Shown here piece by piece: positions 11,827 through 22,900 of a DNA stretch of 64,000 nucleotides (the stretch's first letter is position 1; each line of letters starts with the position of its first letter). The stretch is from Pavona decussata (lineage: Eukaryota). The position numbers were made by a program, and so were the translations under genes. Location of the stretch: assembly GCA_977016875.1 (NCBI GenBank), contig CDRNST010000060.1:6262001-6326000 (forward strand). Direction: 5' to 3'. A model generated the notes under the pieces. That model was not told where the DNA came from and made no database searches. It saw only the letters and a program-made list of their open reading frames with translations.

Positions 11827-13922
11827 TCCTTAAGATATGCTTAAATTAGTCATGATCTAATGCTTTATTTCCTTCGTCGTGAGGAAATATCGAGCTTATT
11901 ATCTTGCGCAAATCTGGTTTCCATTATCTGCATCCTTTCAACCTTGTAAACCGCAGCAAATAACACATTGCGTTTATTTCGGCAATAATAATCATAAAAA
12001 TGCAATTTGTAATAGATGATTTACTTACGTACAGTTGTAATAATTGCCACGATGCTTGGATTCTGAGAGTTGTTAAAATTAGTCCGTTGTCTTTGAAATG
12101 AAATTTCACCTCCTATCGTCCCTCGAAATTTGACTTGATTAAACAAGTTGTTCATTTATGCATGGTGTAATGCAGCCTTTGAAATTAAATTATCAGAGTG
12201 TTTTAATTGAACTGGTTTTGTACTTAAAATAAAACTTTCTTTTATCCCATCGCTAGGTCTATCGGTAAAGCATTCAATGTCTGAACTCTTAAATCTCAGC
12301 TTACAGTTAAAATCATCATGGAGTAGCTCGGCACATCAAATTAAATTTATCAGAACTACAATCTCTTTTGATTGTGAATAGCAAAAACAAAATGCCAACG
12401 CCACTTTTTTTTAATTTTGTAAAATAATTGCCCAATAAATTGAAACATGACCGGCAAAATTTTTGTCATTGTACTGACACCCCGGGAATAAACTTGGATG
12501 ACTTTGCAGTGAAAACCATCAGTTACTTCATGTTACTTTGTCATTCCAGATTAATTTTCTCATATTACAGTTACTAGTCTTTTCGATGCGGTGTGAAATA
12601 TGGATTGCTTGACTGAAAAATCAGTAATTTTGATGTTAAAATGTTATAACTTTTTAGTCCGGAAGAAAGTAGTCTCCTTTTCCATTTCTACTGATTTAGC
12701 TCCTGATTTCAATCATGAGTGCCTTGCGTCAGTCATGTCTGATCATTTCAAAATATTATTGATTTTGGATCCCTGGTCGTAAATTGTCGTAAAAAGTGAT
12801 TCTTTGAAAAATGAGTCCTTTTGGGGTTTACATGTTATGATGTTACAAAAGTCCAGCGAACTGAAGGAAGCTTTCCATTCTCATTTCTCACATTTAGCTC
12901 ATGATCTTTAGGACCTTTAGTATTCATCGTTTTTTTTTAAATTTTCTCCGGGTAATCTGGTTTTCCATCTCCTCAAAACCCAACATTCCCAAATTCCAAC
13001 TCCATGCAGAATTTGAGGTCTACAGTTCTGCTAGTCTAAAAACTATATATGAAGTGCCACCTTCGTTCAAACGAAGGCGATTTTTTTTTACCCCTAACTC
13101 GGCTCGGAGTTCTTATCCCTTTAGCGACTAATGATGGGCTACTTTCTAACTTTTCTAACCCTTACCTTAGACTGTGATTCTTTTATTCTTGACAATTTCA
13201 CTCAAGGCAGTAGGAGAGTGCAAACTGAGGTTAAAAGAACAAAATTAAAAAGAGAAGTTTGTGCCTAAACTCCATATTGTTTTAAAAATATCGTCTTTCT
13301 GCGATAACAGTTATGCGATATATTCCATATCTTAGTTTTAGTTCCTTTTAATCTGCTCCTATTTTAACTGGCTTGTGTTGATTATATTAATTTTCCTTTT
13401 ATATTCCGATACTTTTAATGGTGTACATATATTTTTCCTTTTACCGTGATCAACTGAAACTCAAGTTAGTCTAGGTTACTCTTTTTTGCGCAGTTTATTG
13501 GTCGTTCGTTGTTGTTTTATTTGCTAATGGAAAGCTGGATAAAAAAGTGTTTGGCCAACAACATTTTACATTTAAAAACACTCAAAAAAATGACAAAATT
13601 TGTCATTTAAAAACACTCTTAAAGGTATCACCTGCCCTGAAAGACAAAAAACGGTATTACCATTTTCTCATGTATATGCATTAATAATGTACAGGATTTT
13701 ATGAGCAAATTTATGTTTTGCACAAAATAATACGACAAAGGAAAGTGCTAGAAGTATTTACAATGTGATATCGTCAAAGCCAGGACATGATTTCAGTAAC
13801 AGAAGCAAAAGTAACTTCTTGAGGTTGACATTCTATCAGGAATGTACAGTATGTGTAATTCAGCTTTTAGCTTTTTTTGATCCGAAGCATGAGTCATTTT
13901 GCTAAAGTACTTGTAAATTATA

Positions 13923-14055
13923 AGGGGTTAGTTTCTAAGGAAACTGAGATACTGCGTCGGTGGGGAATAGAAATGAATGTTTGGTTTTGTAAACAGAGTT
14001 AATAACTTAAGGTAAATTGGCCACCGTAAAGAAATTCAAGTGATGATGTTTCGGA
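13923..14055 (-). mobile_element. Penelope-like terminal-repeat fragment, same family
   Basis: Reverse complement of the 39790-39935 unit. Confidence 0.65.
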
Positions 14056-14810
14056 GTGAATCCAAATAAGTCAGATCTGAAAGTCAAGTTGTTAGTTCAG
14101 GCTGTCTGTTTACCATTGGAATTAAGATGTCGTAGGATTCGGTCCTATTATTAATAACAATTCCGGCTTCGCATCAACAAACAGGCAGGTATGCGTACGG
14201 CATACATCAGTAGCTGGTAAGAGCTGAATTTGTGTTCCCCAACGTATCGGGCAAAAATTTGTTCGTACAATTGGGGAGCAATTGTAATATCACTGCGTTG
14301 TGGCAATTTATTCATTGCTGTTTCTCTAGTGTAAAACCAAATCATCCGCCGTTCTTCAGCCAAGGCTTAGATTTGAAGTCCATCAGGTTAGCAAGCGGTA
14401 ATGGCTTTTTGTTTCGCATTTTTTCAAGTTGTTAATAAATTCTAGAAAAAGCTTTTAAGAAGTGAAACCGGAACATTGTAAATCTAGAAGATGACCAACG
14501 TCACTCTATTATTTGATTTCCTATTGCCGATGACAGAACTATTAATGATTGCTAGGATTATTCACTGTAAACAAAATTGCTTGTGCCCCTCTTTCGAAAT
14601 ATTCCTTTATAATTTTGTCAAAACGTTAATCGTTGAATATAATAAAGCATATTTGTCCTAATTTAAGTTTAAAATCGTTCAAATAGATCATTTTACATGA
14701 TTGTTGTAGATGGATGGGTATTTTCTATATTCCAGCGTTAAAGAATTCATCGGCCACATGGCAACTTTCGACTCATTCATAATTTGAAATAGCGGAATTC
14801 AAACAAATTC

Positions 14811-14811
<1 letters not shown>

Positions 14812-14860
<49 letters not shown>

Positions 14861-14886
14861 TATAATAATAATAATAATAATAATAA
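14812..14886. repeat. (TAA)n microsatellite
   Basis: About 25 units with one interruption; absent from the duplicate copy. Confidence 0.97.
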
Positions 14887-15160
14887 CCAGTTATCTCGGT
14901 AACTTATACAATGATCCAAGTTGTCCCTTGCAATAAAAATTTGAGTTATTACCCTGACACAATGTGGATGAAATTGCGTGTATACACACTTGCTACTATT
15001 TTCTCTGGAGATCAAATATTATTTGTTTATTTAGGTCTTCTCTGCCTTTTGTCGAATTCGAACAAAAGAACCGCTTGAGTTATCAATGTCACTCAATATT
15101 ATCCCAGCCTGCAACTTAGGTAGTCATGTGGTTTAACCTTTTTCAAAATTTTAATTTTAG

Positions 15161-15384
15161 TAGGATATCATCGACCGACACTCCGCTGCTTCAAGGTTAT
15201 CAAAACTTGACGGGTATTGACCCCCCCCACTGAGCAGATACCGAAATTTTGTCGTTAACGCTCTGGACGAATGTTCATATCAGACGACACACCAATGGAA
15301 AAAGAACGCGACATTGTGCGGCTTTAAAGTGGCTCCTCTCTGTGCTATTGATAACTGTTCCTTATGGAGGATGCTTTTGTCCAG
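15161..15384 (+). pseudogene. Duplicate of gene B signal-peptide exon with ATG shifted out of frame
   Basis: Near-identical to 16684-16921 with intact TAGTAG acceptor and CAG|GTTAGT donor, but ACCAATGGAAAAAG replaces ACCATGGCGAAAAG; no in-frame ATG after the in-frame TGA at 15231. Confidence 0.7.
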
Positions 15385-16830
15385 GTTAGTAATTACAACA
15401 GTTATATAAATAGAAGTAAGATTCGTTTCTTGCGCGGTCCTCTCTTTTCCTTTCTCGAAAACAACGCTTGTTACGGCTGGTCACGTGGCACCCAAAATCT
15501 TGATGCTTGACAAAATTTGTCCTTAGGGAGGGGTAGTAAAGAATGCAAATGTCGCTTTCTCAGAACGGCTCGAGAAGCCGGGGACTGCAAGTGGTTTTAT
15601 AACCAATCATTTCACAACTTGAATGCAGATTACAGATCATGTGACGATACTCAAGGAAGTAGTCTCTTAATTGGTCATATTCACGCTGGCATGCATTTTT
15701 TACTTCCAAAAAGACAAAGGGTCGATTTTCCTGAGAATATCACGTACTCTGTAATGGGCAATTTGCATATAGAGCGAATTAGGTCTATTCCGTCACATCA
15801 ACAGACAGCAAGCACATACGGCATACCTAACTGGTAAGTGCTGAATTTGAGTTAGAATATACATCAACATATCGGCAAAAATTTGTTTATACAGTCGGGG
15901 AAACAATTATAATATCACTGCGTTGTGGCAATTTATTGATTGCTGTTTCAATAGTGTAAAACCAAAGCATCCACTGTTCTACGATCAAGGCTTAGATTTG
16001 GAATCCCATCATATTAAAATTTTCAAGCGCGACCTCAGAAAATGTTAGCAAGGTAGCAAGCGGTAATGGCTTTTTGTCTCGCATTTCTTCCACGTGGTAA
16101 TTTTACAAAAATTCTAGAAAAAGCTTTTATGAAGGAAAATAGAAACATTGCAATTCATAAGATGGCCAACGTCTATGACAGGAAGTATAAAAGATTGCGA
16201 CGATCATTCGTTTACCTCACTCGAAATTTTCCTTTAAAATTTTGTTAAAACATTAATCGTTGAATGTAATAAAATATATTTGTACTGTTTTGATGATGAG
16301 CATGGATGAGTATTTTCTATATTCCAGTGTTTAAACAATTCGGGTAACATAGCAACTTTTAATTCATTCACAATTTGAGATAGCGGAATTCAAACAAATT
16401 CGTAACAATTTAACCAGTCACCTCGGTAACTTATTCAAAGATTCAAGCTGTCCCGTGCAATAAAAATTTGAGTTATTACTCTAACAAAAATCAGATGGAT
16501 GAACTTGCGTAGATACGCGCTTGCTAGTCTTTTTCTGGCGATCAAATATTCTAATTTTTTGGGTTTTCTATGCCTTTTGTTGAATTCGAACAAAAGAACC
16601 GCTTGACTTATCAATGCCATATTATCCCAGCCTACAACTTAGCTAGTCATGTGGCTTAACCTTATTTAAAATTTTAATTTTAGTAGCATATCATCGACTA
16701 ACACTCCGCTGTTTCAGGGTTATCAAAACTTGACACCCAAGGAGATATCGCGGGTATTGACCCCCCACTGAGCAGATACCGAATTTTGTATTTAACATTC
16801 TGGGCGAATGTTCATATCAGACGACACACC

Positions 16831-16921
16831 ATGGCGAAAAGAACGCGAAACTGTGCGGCTTTGAAGTGGCTCCTCTCTGTGCTATTGATAACTGTTCCTT
16901 ATGGAGGATGCTTTTGTCCAG
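16831..16921 (+). CDS. Gene B first coding exon (signal peptide MAKRTRNCAALKWLLSVLLITVPYGGCFCP)
   Basis: ACCATGG start context, basic n-region plus hydrophobic core, phase-1 donor CAG|GTTAGT matching the phase-1 acceptor at 20679; 91 coding nt, same as the gene C first exon. Not in the ORF track. Confidence 0.75.
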
Positions 16922-19900
16922 GTTAGTATCACAACAGTTATATAAATAGAAGTAGGATTCGTATCTTGCGCGGTGTTTGTAAATCACTTAAGACATAAAC
17001 ATGGTACATGTATACAGACTAGTCACAATTGTCCCCTTGTTTTAAAAGCAGCAATGGCCCAACAGAAAATGATTGATCCTTCCTTCCTGGAGTACTTTTC
17101 GTTATTGTCGTTGAACAGTGTACCTCAAGTAGACTGCTGATGCACGGCTTTAGTGTATCGAGAAGGCATTTCTTTGAATTATCAATAAATCATATTCGAT
17201 AGTTCACTCACAATTTTGTCACTAGGACTTGTTTCAAATATCAAGAATGTACTTAGCGCCATATAATTGATTTGGTAAATATCCAGACAGTAGATAACAA
17301 ACGAATACAATTCATTAAAATCTGCAGCTGAACGGACATACGTTCGTCCCGCTGATCTCGTGATTTTAGCACTTAAGTTGGGTGGCATTCATTTCTTGTT
17401 CAGCCGCCCTCTTTGACGTTAACCTAGAAAAACCTTAATGTCATCTGATCGTTTCCTAATTGGTGACCATTCAAATAAAAGTCTTGGAGCTGCTGTTCTG
17501 TTGGGCTTGTCGAGTATTCGATAATCTTTTTTTCTTATTATCCTTTCGAAATTAAATTGAAATTTTTTTTACTTTCGCCACGCAATGTCATGATGATACT
17601 CATTATGGCAAATTTATGCTCAAGGCAAGATAGAACTGCAAAACACGCAATTCTTCGGTGTAAGATTGAAGAAACTAATAATATTTTGGTTAAATTTGCC
17701 ATGTCTAAGAATGCAAGGCTACCAATGCTCATGGCTTTTTTCAGGAAGATGCTCATCCAATGTACAGCAAACAAACAAATAAATAAATAAATAATAATAT
17801 CTTATGCTCTGATCACTCTTACCGTTATCATAGATTAGGAGATTTCTAATTTGAGACAGTAAAAGAAAAAGCTTAAATGTCCTCCATCCTCTATCTAATT
17901 TCCATTAATAATAAGAACTTATGATGGTTATTTCAATTTGGGGAAAATTGGGAACTGTATTTCATAGCTTCAGCGGGAGGTTCGAAGTGTGATGAATATC
18001 ATTTATAAAAATTCGTGTTAAAACATTTGACTGTTAAGCAGCAATACGAACCTTAACTGAAATAGAAGTATAAAATCAGCGGAAGATATTTTATCGTATT
18101 TGTTTCTCTTATCATATTTCGTCCGTATCGTGCAGGTTTCTTGGACGCAAATTTAGTTTTGACTGCGTAGTTTTAACATCATGCAATTACCGTAGATTAT
18201 TGCGAGCATTCTTCTAAAATTAATCTGTCTTTACTTCACGAGTAGTGCGGAGTATAGTACAGATAAAAGAAACATTCGATTCTTTTGGCTTGACGGGTGC
18301 AGAAGAATCGAGGTTTTGAATTTAGGCGTTTTTTAAAGGATCGTCTTCTCTAATACAATTTTGAATGAGCCACATTATTTTGAACGAATTGCTAATTTAT
18401 TTTTAAAAGAAATGAATTTGCATACTTATTATTTGTGTCATTGACAAACGTCACATGCTTTACCAAAACACAATTTTTCAATAAGAGGAATGATTTTTAA
18501 CATTAAAAACAAACTTATTCTGGTTGTGTTATCAGCCTGGATTCTTTTTAAAGACGCAACTGGTGTTTTTCCATGCAATTGCGATCATTCGTACACTTTT
18601 CGTTACAAGTTGCTTTCGCAATAAAAATGTCTTACTTTTAACATGCGTTGGGTAAAACGAGGGGAAACTATTTTTTTTCTCTAATTTGTCTTATTGATTG
18701 CTCCGGCGGCCAGAGAGAGACTGTTCAATCTTTTCTCAAGTACATCTTCAAACAATATGCAAGAATATTCTCAAAATTAAATTAGGTAAACTTACTAAAA
18801 AACAAACAGTCTATATGAAAGCGAAGTCGAAGAGGACGGTATACAATATTATTAATTTGAACTGTCGTACTGTAGGATTTCATCCACACAGGCATGATTG
18901 AAATCAGCATGACTGCGCAACTTTCCAGGAAAGCACTGTCGCTTTGGTTAAACAGCATTAAAAGAAGTGCTGACTCATCGGCCGCTTTCAGGTTTAACAA
19001 TTTAGAATTTATCCACAACCCGATTTAAATACAGACAGTTAGAACCACCTCGTGCTGCATAATAACCTGCGCTACAGGGATTACTGATTACTGCTCAATA
19101 TTTCAACTTCAAAAATTATTCGAACGTTTTCCTTTTGGACAGAAGAAACTTAGAGAAAAAATTTCGGTTCTTCTTCGACAACATTTGGGACATTTTATAC
19201 CTGTCAAATTTCGAGTGTTTTTTGGTCAGTCACTCTTATTCTCAAAATGTTTCTTCAATATGCTTCCCAACACAACTAAAAATGTATTATTTATTGGTTC
19301 TAACGATGTTTTTTCTCCAAGATCTCTCTGGAGGATCTTAACACTAAAATAACAAGTAACATTGGTTCGGTCAAGGTTACAATCTATTATTCCTGTCTTT
19401 TCCAAGCCCTCTTGAATGGTTTTTCTTGATCAGAGTCGTTAGCTCATCTGGATGTATTGGTCGACGTTCATAAATGTCAGTGACATTTCAGACCCGGAAT
19501 TTAGACTGAAACACTTTGTGCCGTGTAATAATGAATCGGCAATATAGGATACGTTCTGTTTATTCAAGTGGTCTTATTATCAGATTTATTGGCACAGATT
19601 CAAAAGTAAGGAGCATCTTGTGCCGCCGCCCAATAAACGACATTACAGGAAAGTACTGGAAATATCTGAATAGTCACAGCTTTGTACTCCATAAAAACAG
19701 TATTAGCGTGAAAATGTTTTGTCGAGCAGCTTTCATTTACTCATGACAGGCTCAAGTAGGTTTGGTCCACATTAAACAGCGTGAGGTTTTATTGTCGACT
19801 CACACACATATGTAACTCTTAAAGATTTTTAGAGGCATGATTTTTTTAGGGGGAGCCGTGCATTGAAATTCCTCCCTAAAATAAACCAAAAAAAACTTTA

Positions 19901-22900
19901 TTGCATGGTTATTCTGCTATAATATTTTACGAAAAATTTCACAAAAATCCAACTAAAATGAACGAGGTAATAAATGTAAAGAAAACAAGAAAAGAATGAA
20001 AGACGTGTATCAATATACGTAAAATGTCAACCTGAGAAAACCACAACACTAAGAATTATTTCTGAAATGTACGTGGTTCTGTGACCAATCAGAAAGAAAG
20101 TCGTATCACAAGCCGAAAAAACTACAAAAATAATTACCGTTAGAGTTGTGTTTTTTTGCCTCTTGTATCTGATTGGTTTTCCTTCTTAACACAATAAACA
20201 TCCAAAAATATTTCTAATGTTCTAGTTCTAGTGTTCTAAATTTAAGCACCGGCTTTATCAATTTACAAAGTAATGATGTTCTTGAAAACTCCTTATAGAC
20301 ATTAATGTGCAAGAAGGGACAAAGAAACATAATGCTCCTCTCTCCGGTTAATGAAAAATCGGTTAAAGCTAACCTAGGATTGAAAGTCAAGCAAAGTATC
20401 TGTTTCTCTCGTTGAAGAGTGGTGTTTCCACCACTAATTTTAAGCTACACGTCGACAGCAGCTACTCTTTAAATGTAGCCAAAACGAGTTCACAGGAATC
20501 CACATCATTGCAGGTAGTCTAAGCCAAAATTCAAAACTTATACTAATTCTTGGTTAGCTGAAACTGGGCTTTGTTTTTTATTTACCTGTATGCAATAGTA
20601 AGGTATTTACCATTCTAGTAATAAAAATAGTTTGGAATTGGGCGAATAAAGCTAAAAACTGAACTTTCTTCACCGCAGATAAATGCAGCAAAAGTCTGGG
20701 TATTTCGGATAACAGAATTCGAGATAATCAAATGTCCGCGGAGAGTGCTTACGACAACGACTTCGGAACATTTGGAGCTCACCGTGCGAGACTGAACCTA
20801 ACAAGCTGGCCACCGGGTTATAGAGCTAATTATGAACCTCAGGGAACTTTTCTTTGGGTTAAGGTTAATCTGGACGAGAGAACGGTGATAACAGGTATTG
20901 CTACGCAAGGTTATGGTAATTCGACCGCGGCAGAGTGGGTATCTGTGTACATGGTGTTTTACCAGAAAGGAAACGAACTTGCTCTTCTCACCGAAGCAGA
21001 TGGTGAAACGGCAATGGTTAGTGCTAAGTTAATAATTTTGTTGACTGCCATTGATTTTTTTAACAGAACAATTTGCTTAATTGAAAAGCTTTTATATTCT
21101 GGTCTACTTTTATTTACTATTTTTATTGCCTTGATTTTAAAATTAACTAGTGATTAGACCAGACCAGGTCTTGGCACACTTTTTCGATCATATATGATAA
21201 GAGATATTAACATGACTTAAGGTGGCTGAACACAGTTTGCGCGCGCTTTACAGATTCTGTTAGTGATGCTATTAAGCGCGCGCTAGGGTTGTGGTACGTA
21301 AATACGGCGGTCGATAAAGTGATCCCTCAATTTCACATGAAATGGATAATAAAGGTAAGTTTTGATCCTAAATAACTAAGTTTCCTGTTTCTGGACTCTT
21401 TTTCTTTTCTTTCCGAGCAAAAAAGTAATTCACCGAGACCTTTTGCATGCTTTTCAACTTTGCCATGAAACCCAATTAAAGCCACGCATGCGCATTTGAC
21501 CAAAAAATTGCGACTGGTTGTTTTCGTGCAAATGAACTGTTTTCTAAGGAACTGCTCATTAGAATTTCGTAAAATTTGGCATGAAAATAGTTCCCTAAAA
21601 GCGTAACTCGCCTACAAAGAGAAACCTAAATCTAACAGAGGATATCTTCACAAAACATTAAAATGCAAAATCAATATTTACAGGAGATCTGTTTGTTAAA
21701 ATTACATGAAAATAGTGCAACTGTGTCAGTGTTTTGTGTGTTTATCTGGATACAAAAAATGGAAAAAATCTAATGAGTACATTTTCTAAAAATAAAGGAA
21801 ACCTACAATATATGGACGTTTAATAGTTCGCTGCGTTGCCATGGAAATGGTACTTAGCTCGACAAGACGTACAAAAATCCATTCTTTCTTAGTTAGTCTT
21901 ACACCATACCAAATTTGGGCGCCCAGAAGTACATAGTTTCCAAATAACGTCTTCTAACACCTGTACACTAAAAAACTGTATTCGGCCACCTTAAAGTGCC
22001 TATGAAGCGAAAATTGTCTTTAGGTGGTTATAAAATTTACCCTTTCAAACACGGGATTTCAAAGTTTGAGATTGCTGGGGTAAAAATTGCCGATTTTGTG
22101 AGCGCTCAAAGTTGGGCTATTTTGCCTTCAAAAATGGCATTTGAATCGCGCCGCCACAATGCCAGGTGACAAGAATTGCAATTCATCATGGCGGAAGAGA
22201 AGAAAAATAAGCGACAGCGAGGGCTATATTGCGTTGCTGGCGTCCGTAACAAAGAGAGTTGCCAGAATTGATCGTTCACCGAATCGCTAGACATGCTTTT
22301 CTCTTTCTACAATCCTTTTCGGCGGCCAGAACGGAATGAAAGTAAACACCCTTTTGGCACCAACGCGACGTCACAACTTGGAATACAGCATAAAACTCGA
22401 CCCAGTCCTCTGACCATTTTTGAAAGCAAAATAGCTCAACTTTGAGCGTTTGTAAAATCTACAAGTTTTACCCCAGTACTCTTAAACTTCGGAATCGTAT
22501 ATGTTAATTTTATAACTACACAAAAACAATTTTCGCTTCATAGGCACTTTAACATAGCTGAGTATTTTTTCTCTCACAGTCGACATGGCAATTCAGATTG
22601 TCAGTAAGGAGAAACTAGACGATGATGTCCTTTGCTGACCATTACTAGTTCTTCTTCCTGCACTCATTGTCATTCTTTCTCTCCTTTTGCAGACGTTTAT
22701 TGGCAATTTTGACACAAGTTCTATTCAATACCGTGAATTACCTTTTCCTGTGGTGACCAGGGAAGTGATGGTTTATCCAACAGCTTGGAATAACAACTGT
22801 GCTTTGCGAATGGAACTTTATGGATGCAAGCCAGGTTGGTATTAATCATTGTTAATTTAAAAATGGCCTTCAGCTGTTTTTCTTGTAGTTCTCAAAAGTC

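Larger units (their letters stand above)
14172..16974 (+). repeat. Local tandem duplication, about 1.2 kb units (about 14172-15438 and 15796-16974)
   Basis: Colinear shared sequence from CATCAACA... to ...TCTTGCGCGGT in both copies, with scattered substitutions and indels. Confidence 0.92.

Noticed and set aside
18490-18562. Signal-peptide-like ORF MIFNIKNKLILVVLSAWILFKDAT as gene B first exon
   Set aside because: Phase fits but the donor (GTGTTT) is weak; 16831-16921 has a better start context, a stronger donor and the same 91-nt length as gene C. Cannot be fully excluded as an alternative.
19282-19341. Hydrophobic mini-ORF MYYLLVLTMFFLQDLSGGS
   Set aside because: No GT donor before the stop codon.
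20496-20513. 18-nt phase-1 micro-exon before the discoidin exon
   Set aside because: No polypyrimidine tract and it appears to lie within repeat-like sequence.
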